Source: Candidatus Geothermincolia bacterium (GTDB taxonomy: Bacteria; Actinomycetota; Geothermincolia; Fen-727; Anoxymicrobiaceae). From it: a DNA stretch of 64,000 nt. The position numbers and the translations under genes are program-made. The stretch lies in contig JBBQKJ010000007.1 in NCBI GenBank assembly GCA_038326775.1, positions 16,826-80,825 of the forward strand, in the 5' to 3' direction. The notes beneath the pieces were generated by a model. That model was not told the origin of the DNA. It did not search any database and saw only the letters and a list, made by a program, of their open reading frames with translations. This document shows positions 29,248 to 38,334 of the stretch, piece by piece (positions within the stretch are counted from its first letter, which is position 1; every line of letters starts with the position of its first letter).

Positions 29248-30351
29248 TCAGGTTGCCGCGTTGTAGTAGTTGCCGCCAGGGCCACGGACCACCGCGCCAC
29301 TTACCTCCATCCGCGAAAGGACGGCGAGCACCTCGGCGGTTGTGAGGCCGGCCTCCTTTGAAAGCCCTTCGACCTGGGAGATTCCGCCGGCCATGGCAAG
29401 CGCGAGCTTCTCCTCGGAGGGATGTGCCGGCGTTGTGAGCGCCGGCCGGAGTGGCAAACCGGTCGCGGGCGCGTCAAGCCCGAGTTCGGCCAGGATGTCA
29501 GCCGGTCCGGTTACCAGCGAGGCGCCGCTCTTTATGAGCGCGTTTGCGCCCCTGCTGCTCGGGGAGAAGAGCTGGCCCGGCACGGCAAATATCTCGCGTC
29601 CCTGCGCCAGCGCGAAGTCAACCGTGATAAACGCGCCGCTTTTCTCTGACGCCTCGACGACCACTACCGCCAGGGACATCCCTGCGATTATCCGGTTCCT
29701 CTCCGGGAAGCGGGGCCTTGCCGGAGGAGTCCCGGGGGTGTACTCGGAGATGATGCAGCCGTCTCTGGCGATGCGACGGAACAGGGAGGAGTTTGACCTG
29801 GGGTATGCGACATCGACCCCGCAGCCGAGAACGGCGGTGGTGAACCCGCCGCCCTCAAGAGCGCCCGAATGGGCGGCGGAGTCGATACCGTACGCCGCTC
29901 CGCTGACCACGTTGACCCCTCGGAGGGCAATCTCCCTGGAAAGCCAGCGCGCGACCTCCAGGCCGTAGGGGGTCGCCTTGCGCGAGCCCACCACCGCCAC
30001 GCTCGCTGCCTGGCCCGCCAGGCGCCCCCTGTAGAAGAGCACCCACGGCGCATCGCTCAACTCGTCGAGCATCGTGGGATAGCCGGGCTCTCCCCGCACC
30101 ACCGCGGATATGCCGCCCTCCTCCATTGACTCGAACTCGGTTTCGGGGTCACGCTCGAGGGCCATCTCTCGCCAGCGAGAGAGCGGCTCTGCGGAAGCGC
30201 GGCCGCCGGCCTTTCCCGCGCGGACCGCGTCCCACGCGCCGGCCGGCGACCCGAAGAGCGTAAGCAGGTCGCGAACCCGCTTGTGGGTGGCGCCCGGAAG
30301 CGAGCACAGGGCTACGAGCTCGGCCTTCTCCCGTGGCAGGGCGGGGTCCAT
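29248..30351 (-). CDS. dprA: DNA processing protein DprA (Smf)
   Basis: Rossmann-like DprA domain (VVGSRKATPYG...GVNVVSGAAYGIDSAAH...). The start ATG (30349-30351) overlaps the comM stop as ATGA. The upstream 70 residues of the maximal ORF are Arg/Gly-rich junk. Confidence 0.85.
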   Translation of the reverse strand: MDPALPREKAELVALCSLPGATHKRVRDLLTLFGSPAGAWDAVRAGKAGGRASAEPLSRWREMALERDPETEFESMEEGGISAVVRGEPGYPTMLDELSDAPWVLFYRGRLAGQAASVAVVGSRKATPYGLEVARWLSREIALRGVNVVSGAAYGIDSAAHSGALEGGGFTTAVLGCGVDVAYPRSNSSLFRRIARDGCIISEYTPGTPPARPRFPERNRIIAGMSLAVVVVEASEKSGAFITVDFALAQGREIFAVPGQLFSPSSRGANALIKSGASLVTGPADILAELGLDAPATGLPLRPALTTPAHPSEEKLALAMAGGISQVEGLSKEAGLTTAEVLAVLSRMEVSGAVVRGPGGNYYNAAT

Positions 30352-31901
30352 CAGCCCCTGGCCCCGCAGGTGAACATCGACCTCTCGAGACAGCGATACT
30401 GCACCGCCTCGGCGATGTGCTCGACCTCCATGGTTTCGCTGGCCGCCAGGTCGGCGATGGTGCGCGCGACCTTGAGGACCCGGTGATATGAGCGGGCGGA
30501 CAGACCCAGCCGCTCGACCGCGAGCCCGAGAAAGCGCTCGCCCTCGACCGAAGCCCGGCACAGCTTCTCCACGAGAGCGTGGGTCATGGACGCGTTGCAG
30601 TAGGCGCCGGTGCCCTCGAGGCGTGCCTCCTGGAGCCTTCGGGCGGCGATCACCCTCCGGCTAACCGAGCTGGAGTTCTCGCCGTGTGACCTCTCCTGCA
30701 GGTGGCGGCGGGTCAGGCGGGGTACCTCGACCTGGATGTCTATGCGGTCGAGAAGGGGCCCCGAGATGCGCGAGCGGTATCTCTGGATGTCACCCACCGC
30801 GCAAACACACTCGTGGCGCGTGTCGCCGAGGTAGCCGCAAGGGCAGGGGTTCATGGAGGCGACCATGCTGAAGCGGGCCGGGTAGGTGACGGTGACCATC
30901 GAGCGGACTAGTGTCACCTGGTTGTCCTCCAGCGGCCCCCGCAACGACTCGAGGGCGTTGCGGGGATAGAGCGTGAGCTCGTCGAGATAGAGAACGCCGC
31001 CGTGCGCCAGTGAGACCTCCCCGGGCTTGGGAAGCGGTACGCCTCCGCCGATGAGACCTACGGCGCTGATCGAGTTGTGCGGCGTGCGGAACGGCCTTGA
31101 GTCGATGAGCGAGCCGCCCGGCGGGACCAGCCCGGCCACGCTGTGTATGCGGGTCACCTCGAGCGCCTCCTCGAGGGAGAGCGGCGGCAGTATGCCCGGC
31201 AGGCGCCGGGCGAGCATCGTCTTCCCCGAGCCCGGCGGCCCCACCATGAGCAGGTTGTGCCCTCCCGCCGCTGCCACCTCTAAAGCCCGCCTGGCCGCCT
31301 CCTGACCACGGACCTCAGCGAGGTCAGGGCCCATCGCGCCACGCACGGTAAGCCTGTCGCCGGGCTCGCTGACAGCCTGCTCAAGACAGAGAGTGCCCTC
31401 CAGGAAACCGACCGCTTCGCGAAGGCTGCCCACCCCGTAGATCGGGATGCCGGAAACCAGGGCGGCCTCACCGGTGTTGCCGGCGGGCACCAGCAGGAAC
31501 GAAGCCCCGCGCTCCCGTGCGCCGATGGCGATGGAGAGCGCGCCAGGTATCTCGCGGACCCTGCCATCCAGCGAAAGCTCGCCCGCCGCCTGAAAATCGG
31601 TTGCCTGCTCCAGTCGAAACTGGCCGGTCGCCTCGAGAATGGCGAGCGCTAGAGGAAGGTCGAAAGAAGGCCCCTCTTTCTTGATGTCCGCCGGGGCCAG
31701 GTTCACATGGATGCGGCGGTTTGGAAACTCGAAGCACGAGTTGCGAACCGCTGACTTGACCCGGATGCGTGACTCGCGCAGGGCGGCATCGGGCAGCCCC
31801 ACTATCTCGAACGCCGGCAGGCCGTTGGTTATGTCGACCTCCACCTCGATGGCGTGCGCTTCCATGCCCACCAGCGTCGCGCCGAGTACCTTCGCTAACA
31901 A
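30351..31901 (-). CDS. comM: YifB/ComM family Mg-chelatase-like AAA+ ATPase
   Basis: MLAKVLGATLVGMEAHAIEVEVDITNGLPAFEIVGLPDAA... Walker A GPPGSGKT. C-terminal ComM signature. Confidence 0.9.
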   Translation of the reverse strand: MLAKVLGATLVGMEAHAIEVEVDITNGLPAFEIVGLPDAALRESRIRVKSAVRNSCFEFPNRRIHVNLAPADIKKEGPSFDLPLALAILEATGQFRLEQATDFQAAGELSLDGRVREIPGALSIAIGARERGASFLLVPAGNTGEAALVSGIPIYGVGSLREAVGFLEGTLCLEQAVSEPGDRLTVRGAMGPDLAEVRGQEAARRALEVAAAGGHNLLMVGPPGSGKTMLARRLPGILPPLSLEEALEVTRIHSVAGLVPPGGSLIDSRPFRTPHNSISAVGLIGGGVPLPKPGEVSLAHGGVLYLDELTLYPRNALESLRGPLEDNQVTLVRSMVTVTYPARFSMVASMNPCPCGYLGDTRHECVCAVGDIQRYRSRISGPLLDRIDIQVEVPRLTRRHLQERSHGENSSSVSRRVIAARRLQEARLEGTGAYCNASMTHALVEKLCRASVEGERFLGLAVERLGLSARSYHRVLKVARTIADLAASETMEVEHIAEAVQYRCLERSMFTCGARG

Positions 31902-32042
31902 TTCCGCCTCCGCGGTTGAGCATTACAAGCATATTATAAGCTAAGCAAGCACATCGGACAAGCCTGCGCCGTTGATGAAGTGCGGTGTAAGTCGAAAGCA
32001 CCCCGTAAGAGGGGTGGCTCTGGTGGCCTGGCTCGTGTTGTT

Positions 32043-32857
32043 TCAGCCGGCACGGAGCTTTGGTTTGACGCTCGCGGGTGCGTTGAAACCCGAGTACGCG
32101 CCCCTGGTTGTAACGGTGACCTCCGGCGTTTCGGCGATCGACGGAATTGTGACCTTCATCAACACCCGCTTCATCCGCATGGTCGCCTTATCGACGGTTA
32201 TCGTCATGTCGGTCTTGCCGTTAGGGTTCGAGTAGACGTCCAGGCCGTAGGTGGAAGGCTGCAAGTGCCCTGTTCGGGCCCCACGATGGCGGACGCGCCC
32301 AGCCGGTACTTCTCACCCATAGAAAAGGATATCGTGTAGTCATGAGCGGTCTGGCTTTCGAGCGCGCAGTTGTCCACCAGGTCGGCGAACCTTGCTATTA
32401 CGCGGCGCGCATTTGCGGAGACCATACCGGGATCGCCTTCGACTCTGTACCAGTCACTTCCCTCGACCCGCGTGTACCTCACGCCGTCACGGGTGTATGT
32501 CTCGTAAGAACCGCCGGGGGAATCGACCACCATGTGCCCGTCGAGGGCGCCACCTCCGTTGGAAGCAAGCTCGGTGGTGAAGGCGGCCTTATTGTCCAGC
32601 TCCGGCCTGCCCGCTATATCGAGGCTGGTGGTGCCGCTATAGCGATAGCTCTTCAACGAGAGTAACTCCTCGACTGAACGCGCCAGCACCAGCGCGGGCG
32701 TCAGCTTCAGGCCCTCATCTACCGCGCAGCCGGCCGCGAATAGGAGCGAGAAGGCCGCCAGGGCCGCGGCCACCGCGACCGCTGCTCGTTCGAAAGCGGC
32801 CGGGGTACTCTCGGCGCGGCGGTTGCGTCTAACACGAGTCATCCTGCCCTCAGCCAT
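32043..32857 (-). CDS. Putative lipoprotein split by a frameshift (two frames: 32204-32857 and 32043-32264)
   Basis: Signal peptide plus lipobox (LLFAAGC|A) after MAEGRMTRVRRNRR. The beta-rich mature domain continues convincingly in a second frame (LQPSTYGLDVYSNPNGKTDMTITVDKATMRMK...) after a G4C3 homopolymer run near 32265-32285. The frame-1 tail (CSLPPTAWTSTRTLTARPT) looks non-protein. Confidence 0.4.
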
Positions 32858-33057
32858 GGCCAGTATCCACCTCCAGCCGGAGTTCTCGCGGCATGTCTCG
32901 GCAGGTTGCCCGGCCTTCTCCAAGGCAACTGTTGAGAGTTCAAAGATGTTCCGGTCCGACTTGCAGAGATTACTGTCCCCGGACAACAGAGAACCAGGTG
33001 GCCTGTAGGCGACATGACAAGGCCGGGTGACGAGAAAACTATGGAATCTGCTCAACC

Positions 33058-33843
33058 GTGTCGAAAGGTACTACAAGTGGTTTGATGCTGGCATCGCAAG
33101 GGTTAATTGATGGATGTCGGCCTACCAGTTGCCTCATTCAGCGAGAGCTTGGCCTTGGCAACTCCGGGATATCATGCATGACAATTAATACCACGTGGCT
33201 CAGCTTCCTGTCGGGTCTGGATGTTTGCTCCAACCTGCTTGCGACAGGACGCCACAAGAAGATCCTTATAGTCTCCTCTGATATCTCATCGAACAATCTT
33301 AACTTCAAACACCGGGAAAGCAGCACCCTTTTCGGTGACCTGGCGGCGGCGGCCGTTCTGATCCGAACGCCGGAAGGTGAATCGAGTTGTGTCCACGCGG
33401 CCCACTTCGAGACCTACGGATATGCGGCCGGGTTCACGCAGATCCCCGGCGGCGGAACACGCCTGAATCCCATTTTTCCCGAGACCAGGAAAGAGGATTA
33501 TTACTTCCAGATGGATGGTCCGTCGGTGCTGAAATCCACGTTGAAACACGCTCTGGATTTCCTGGAAAGACTGCGGCCGGGCCTGTCAAAAGGGCTTGGT
33601 GACATCAAGCTGGTCGTACCCCACCAGGCCAGCAAAGTGGCGCTTGAAGCCCACAGCATTTTTGGAATGGACCAGGATCGTGTAGTGAAAACGATCGAGA
33701 CGGTCGGCAACTGTATCGCGGCCTCGCTTCCAAACGCGCTCTACGAGGCGATAAAACAGGGCCGGCTCGCCCGTGGGGACAAAGCACTGCTTCTGGGCAC
33801 GGGTGCGGGGCTGACCCTGGGGGGAATGATACTCACATATTGA
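33058..33843 (+). pseudogene. FabH (KAS III)-like ORF, N-terminally truncated (about 80 residues missing) and lacking the canonical active-site Cys motif; possible gene remnant
   Basis: Aligns with E. coli FabH residues about 80-317. His (VPHQAS) and Asn (VGNCIAAS) of the triad and the C-terminal GTGAGLTLGG are present. The region corresponding to AACAGF reads NTTWLSF. An in-frame stop at 33028-33030 precludes a longer N-terminus; the first start-like codon is the GTG at 33058. Confidence 0.55.
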
Positions 33844-33968
33844 AATCCAACGGGGATAGCCAGGCTCGGTTTACCTGGCGCTCCACGGAAAGAGCCGCGG
33901 CTTCAGCAAGCCGCCGGGTGTCGACCGTCCCACTGAAACTGTAGTTGTACGCCTGCTTCACCATTCAG

Positions 33969-35762
33969 TCACCCGTCTTTGCGTGCCGCTCGAGCAATCC
34001 GGAAAAGGTAGTCCGTGCCGAACCTCCGCAGGAGGTTGAAGTCGTCGTGATCGGCGGCCCAACCGAGCACACTTTGGAGCCGCGCGGGCTCCAGGAGCTT
34101 TCCGTGCACTATCACAAACTCGACCCCCTCCTTCTTGAAGAAGTCAACCGCTCCCTGCGACGGGAAGTCGCTGGTCGCCTTCACCCCTTTATAGTAGGAG
34201 TCGGGTATGAACCCGCTGTAGCCGTTGAATATCCTCTTCCAGTGAAGGGTCGAGAAGTAGGTGTACCAGGCCTCGCGCGGGGCCCAGGTTTCCTCGTACT
34301 GCAGCCCGGCGGCGTAGGTCCGCTGGTTGTAATCGGCAAGCGGGAGCTCGACGGTCGGTGTGGGGCCGGGCTGGTTCTTTAGCCAGGTGTAGACCGCCGG
34401 GAACTCCTCTTTGGGCGGCACCTCGAACATCGGAAGCCCCGCCGACATCAGGTCGGTAAGGAGAAGCGCGAGTATCAGGACCGTGGCGAGCGCGGAGAGG
34501 ACCGCCTTGCCTTTTCGCTTCGAGAGCCAGGAGAGAATGCCCCTGACCGCAAAGCCGGAGAGCACCGCCAGGGACAGCGCAATGAGAACGACGAAGCGTG
34601 GCGGGACGCGCATGACCTTGAACCCGGGGAAAAGGTGGTAGAAAAGCTCGTATGGCATTGGCAGGTCAAGCCTGTGTCCGAAGATGAAAAGGGAGCTGCC
34701 CAGGCACATCACGAACGAAGCCGCGATAAGCGTGACGTAATAACGGACGTCAAAACGGGCGGCGCCCTTTCCCTTTGCGAACAGGTACGCGGCACCCGCC
34801 GCCCCGAGGATGAGGGGGACCAGGCCCGGGAAAAGGGAGCGCTCTGTCTGCCCGCCTCTCTTGTTCGTCCCTTCACGCAGGCCGGCGGCAGTCTTCCCCC
34901 AGAGCTTGTTCTCCGCCGGGGCCACCGCGAAGTCCGTCACGTCCGCGCTGAAAAGGTCGACCTCCCCCATCTTGCGCTCAAAGCGCTTCTGCCCGCCCTG
35001 CACCCGCAGGTAAGGCATGGCGAACGGGAGGATTATCGCGCCCGCGAACGCCAGCACGACCACCAGGCTCAAGGTCCACCTCAAGGTGAACGCCCGCGGC
35101 TTCATGACCAGCCGTACCACCAGGAAGACCAGGATCGCGAACGCCAGGATCATGGCGTAGTACCAGGTCGAGAGCGCCTCCAGCACGAAGAAAAGCCCGC
35201 AGAGGACAGCGTCGACCGGCTTGCCCTCCTCCGAGTACCGGTGCAGGAAAAGCAGGCATAGCGGGATGAACGCCGCGGCCGATAGCTGGAGGTGCCCCAT
35301 GTGGGCGAGCCTCGCCGGCGCGAAAGCGAAGGCGATGCCGGCTACCACCCCCGCGGTCCTGCTTCGCGTCAGGTGCACCACGAGGAGGTAAGCGCCCACC
35401 TCGCAGAGGAAGAAGTTGAAGATAAGCATGTAGTTGGCCGTCTGCATCGGGTTACCTGTGATGCCCAGCAGGGGCAAAGCCATCACCGCGGTCACAAACT
35501 GGTGGTCGGAGTACGCCAGGGTGTCGGGGTTCGGGAAGAAGATGTTGGCGTTAAAAAGGTTGAAAGGGTTCTGCGTTATGGACCTGGCGTCCCAGGCCAG
35601 CGTCCAAGCCTGGAAAGTCGGGTCGTAGGGGTTCTTGTAGGCATGGTCTCGCCCCTGGGTCAACAGCGGCCGGGTGAACACCATCGCAAGCAGGATGAAC
35701 GCCAGTATGATGACGAGCCCGGGCCCTCTTTTCCTGATGAATCCCGCGAACTTCTTACCCAT
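33969..35762 (-). CDS. Large polytopic membrane protein, GT-C-fold glycosyltransferase-like (YfhO/ArnT/PMT-like) with C-terminal extracytoplasmic domain
   Basis: Roughly 12 predicted TM helices. N-terminal loop PYDPTFQAWTLAWDA...NIFFPNPDTLAYSDHQF. C-terminal soluble domain of about 200 aa. Start placed at MGKKFAGFIRKRG. The family call is tentative. Confidence 0.45.
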   Translation of the reverse strand: MGKKFAGFIRKRGPGLVIILAFILLAMVFTRPLLTQGRDHAYKNPYDPTFQAWTLAWDARSITQNPFNLFNANIFFPNPDTLAYSDHQFVTAVMALPLLGITGNPMQTANYMLIFNFFLCEVGAYLLVVHLTRSRTAGVVAGIAFAFAPARLAHMGHLQLSAAAFIPLCLLFLHRYSEEGKPVDAVLCGLFFVLEALSTWYYAMILAFAILVFLVVRLVMKPRAFTLRWTLSLVVVLAFAGAIILPFAMPYLRVQGGQKRFERKMGEVDLFSADVTDFAVAPAENKLWGKTAAGLREGTNKRGGQTERSLFPGLVPLILGAAGAAYLFAKGKGAARFDVRYYVTLIAASFVMCLGSSLFIFGHRLDLPMPYELFYHLFPGFKVMRVPPRFVVLIALSLAVLSGFAVRGILSWLSKRKGKAVLSALATVLILALLLTDLMSAGLPMFEVPPKEEFPAVYTWLKNQPGPTPTVELPLADYNQRTYAAGLQYEETWAPREAWYTYFSTLHWKRIFNGYSGFIPDSYYKGVKATSDFPSQGAVDFFKKEGVEFVIVHGKLLEPARLQSVLGWAADHDDFNLLRRFGTDYLFRIARAARKDG

Positions 35763-35864
35763 GCCCGTGATTATAATAAATCTGGCCTCAATCCTGTCTC
35801 GTGAAGCTTCGCTGAAAGACGCGGGGACGGTTTGCGGATGCATGTACGCCGGCCCGGACCCCCG

Positions 35865-36227
35865 CTAAAACGCGTCCGGGATGTGGCGGAGCTCGAGCAG
35901 TTCGCCGTCCGGGTCGAACAGCACGCTTATGACGTCGAAACGAACCTCGGGCGAGCGTCCCTCGGACGCCAGGTACTCCATGGCGAGGCCCCTTATCCTT
36001 CGCGTCTTGGCCGGCGTCACCGCTTCTTCCGGCTCGCCGAAGGTCCGGCTGCGCCTGGCCTTGACCTCCACGAACACGGTGAGCCCTCCCGCGCGGGCGA
36101 TCATGTCGAGCTCGCCCGTCCGCGTCCGCCAGTTACGCTCGGTGATGCTGAAGCCGTGGTCCTCGAGGTAGCGGCACGCGATGTCCTCCCCCAGGATGCC
36201 CAGGGCCCTGCGGTCACTCTTCGGCAC
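35865..36227 (-). CDS. yraN: YraN family (UPF0102) endonuclease
   Basis: GILGEDIACRYLEDHGFSITERNWR...ELDMIA...VFVEVKARR is the YraN signature. Conserved neighbour of comM and rnhB. Confidence 0.8.
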   Translation of the reverse strand: MPKSDRRALGILGEDIACRYLEDHGFSITERNWRTRTGELDMIARAGGLTVFVEVKARRSRTFGEPEEAVTPAKTRRIRGLAMEYLASEGRSPEVRFDVISVLFDPDGELLELRHIPDAF

Positions 36228-37077
36228 CGGCGCTCTCCCAGAGGCTCATCTCGTCGTCGGGAAGCACACCGGAAAAGGAAAGCCGGTGGAACGGAGACGG
36301 CCCGTGCGCGGCGAGCGCGCGGAGGTGCTCACCGCTAGCGTAACCCTTGTTCTGAGCGAAATTATACCGGGGGAAACGCCGGTGGAGCGCCCTCATCACC
36401 CTGTCGCGTTCGACCTTGGCCACTATGCTGGCCGCCGCCACCGACTGGAACGTCTCATCTGCCTTGGGGACGCCGAACGTCGGCACGGGGCAGCCCGCCG
36501 GCGAGAAGTGGTCGCAGATGGCGCGCTGGCACCGGTCGTCTATCCCGGCAAGGGCCCCCCCGAGCGCCTGCAGGTTCATCGGCTGGATGCCCCACCGGTC
36601 TATGAGCCCCGTGTCGATGAACACCACGGACACGCTCTGCGCCCTGGCGATGATCTCATCGTAAAGCTCCTCCCGGCGTTTCGGGGTGAGCTTCTTCGAG
36701 TCGTTGGCGCCCTCAACCACCTCGCCAGGGTCGAACATCACCGCAGCGGCGACCAGCGGGCCGGCCAGCGCGCCGCGTCCCGCCTCGTCAGCGCCCGCGA
36801 GGAACCGTATGCCGCCGTCCCGAAATATGTCCTCGTTGGCGGCGAGGCTCCGACCCTTGCAAAGAGCGCTGTAGCCGAGCTGGCGGGCGGTCGCCCTGGG
36901 GTCCCTGGCGAGCCTCGCGTACAGCGCAGGGTCTGGCTTCCCGAGAGAGGCGAGGAGCGCGCGTATCTCGCGGATGGAGAGGTTGGCAGTATCGACCGCG
37001 GCTTCGCGCGCGAGCGCTCGTTCCGGCGGTGGGCCGCCTAGCTCCTGGGCAAACCGAAATGGCTGGGAGGCCACCAT
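36214..37077 (-). CDS. rnhB: Ribonuclease HII RnhB with N-terminal extension
   Basis: AGADEAGRGALAGPLVAAAV (catalytic DEAGRG motif), ...NDSKKL... The N-terminal extension is about 70 aa, and the exact start is uncertain (it overlaps the lepB 3' end). Confidence 0.85.
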   Translation of the reverse strand: MVASQPFRFAQELGGPPPERALAREAAVDTANLSIREIRALLASLGKPDPALYARLARDPRATARQLGYSALCKGRSLAANEDIFRDGGIRFLAGADEAGRGALAGPLVAAAVMFDPGEVVEGANDSKKLTPKRREELYDEIIARAQSVSVVFIDTGLIDRWGIQPMNLQALGGALAGIDDRCQRAICDHFSPAGCPVPTFGVPKADETFQSVAAASIVAKVERDRVMRALHRRFPRYNFAQNKGYASGEHLRALAAHGPSPFHRLSFSGVLPDDEMSLWESAGAEE

Positions 37078-37775
37078 ATCAAGAACACCTTCCCGATAAC
37101 GCTCCTCATCGGTACGTATCCCCAGAACCGGCTGTCACGGGAGTTCGGCCGGTTATCGCCCATCGCGAACAGCTGCCCCTTCGGTATCTTCGTCGGAGGC
37201 ATGTCGTACGAGTCCGGGACCTTGTAATCTTCTTTGATCTCCTTGCCGTCTATGTAGACCTGTCCCTTGCGCATCTCGAGAGTCTCGCCCTCCGTGGCGA
37301 TCACCCGCTTCACGTAAGGCGACGAGCCGGTGCGGTGGGTGAGCCGCACTGTCTCACCTATCTGCTCGAACGGCCAGTAGAGCAAGTTGGTGGTGTTCGT
37401 GGCCTGCGGCGCGGTCGGGGGAAATCTGAAAACTATGATATCGCCCCTGCGCGGTTTCCTGAAGTAGTAGGTAAGCTTCTCTACCATCACCCTGTCCCCG
37501 ATCTGGAGGGTAGGGCTCATCGAAGATGACGGGATGACAAACGCCTTCAGGAAGAACGACTGGATGAATATCGCCACGACGGCGGCGATGAGGAGTATTA
37601 CCAGGACCTCTCTCAGCGCTTCCCAGAACGTCGCCTTCCGTCGATGCGGCTCATCCTTGTGCTGGATGAGGTGAGGCTCAGAATACTCTGGGACCTCCAG
37701 CGGCGCTGGTGTGGTCTGTCCGGCTTTGCTGTCAAAGCCCTGCTCGGCATCCCGCCGGTTGTTATCTTCAGCCAT
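37038..37775 (-). CDS. lepB: Signal peptidase I LepB
   Basis: TM anchor, then SSMSPTLQIGDRVMVEKL (catalytic Ser box), GDIIVFRFP, GDNRPNSRDSRFWG (box E). Confidence 0.85.
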   Translation of the reverse strand: MAEDNNRRDAEQGFDSKAGQTTPAPLEVPEYSEPHLIQHKDEPHRRKATFWEALREVLVILLIAAVVAIFIQSFFLKAFVIPSSSMSPTLQIGDRVMVEKLTYYFRKPRRGDIIVFRFPPTAPQATNTTNLLYWPFEQIGETVRLTHRTGSSPYVKRVIATEGETLEMRKGQVYIDGKEIKEDYKVPDSYDMPPTKIPKGQLFAMGDNRPNSRDSRFWGYVPMRSVIGKVFLIWWPPSHFGLPRS

Positions 37776-37793
37776 TTAGAGGCCCAGTATGAG

Positions 37794-38168
37794 TCAGCTC
37801 GTGAATTTTTTCTTCTTAACGCGAGCGGCCTTGCCCACCTTGTCGCGGATGTAATAGAGCTTGGCCCTCCTGACATCGCCTTCCTGGACCATCTCGATGT
37901 CCTTTATCAGGGGCGAGTGAACGGGGAAGGTTCGCTCCACGCCCACCCCGAACGATATCTTCCGTACCGTGAACGTCTCGCGTGCCCCCGAGCCCTGCCG
38001 CTTTATCACAAGGCCTTGAAAGGCCTGGGTGCGCGTACGTACGGTCCTCTTCTCGCCGGTCCCGCTGGCTTCCTTTATCTCGACGGTGACCTTTATGGTA
38101 TCGCCAGGCTGGAAAGGCATTATGCCTTCCCGCATCTGGCTCCGCTCTATGGTCTCTATCTCTTTCAT
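37794..38168 (-). CDS. rplS: 50S ribosomal protein L19
   Basis: Start placed at [27 protein letters not shown], giving 124 aa. The maximal ORF adds 24 spurious residues. SD gggagaggga lies upstream. Confidence 0.95.
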   Translation of the reverse strand: MKEIETIERSQMREGIMPFQPGDTIKVTVEIKEASGTGEKRTVRTRTQAFQGLVIKRQGSGARETFTVRKISFGVGVERTFPVHSPLIKDIEMVQEGDVRRAKLYYIRDKVGKAARVKKKKFTS

Positions 38169-38208
38169 CTTCCCTCTCCCGGCCGTTGGCGCCCCGTAAG
38201 ACTCGTAA

Positions 38209-38237
38209 ACTATAGCAGAAGAGCCCCACCTGTGGAA
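38209..38237 (-). promoter_or_regulatory. Candidate sigma-70-type promoter for rplS (TTCCAC-N17-TATAGT on the minus strand)
   Basis: Read on the minus strand: TTCCAC aggtggggctcttctgc TATAGT. It lies about 40 nt upstream of the rplS ATG, immediately downstream of the palindromic element. Confidence 0.35.
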
Positions 38238-38240
38238 CAT

Positions 38241-38334
38241 TAATACCTGGGGTCAGATCTGATTTCATTAGTTGCATCCCCCTGGCTGTGCCACCGCCAA
38301 GAACTAATGAAATCAGATCTGACCCCGATTATTA
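38241..38334. repeat. 94-bp palindromic intergenic element (perfect 27-bp inverted arms, unique 33-bp core)
   Basis: The left arm taatacctggggtcagatctgatttcattagtt and right arm aactaatgaaatcagatctgaccccgattatta are inverted repeats. The terminal TTA (38332-38334) is the trmD stop codon. It lies between trmD and rplS. Confidence 0.8.

Noticed and set aside
31468-32001. 177-aa minus-strand ORF overlapping the comM N-terminus and the upstream intergenic region
   Set aside because: Out of frame with comM. R/G-rich nonsense composition. No SD and no homology signal.
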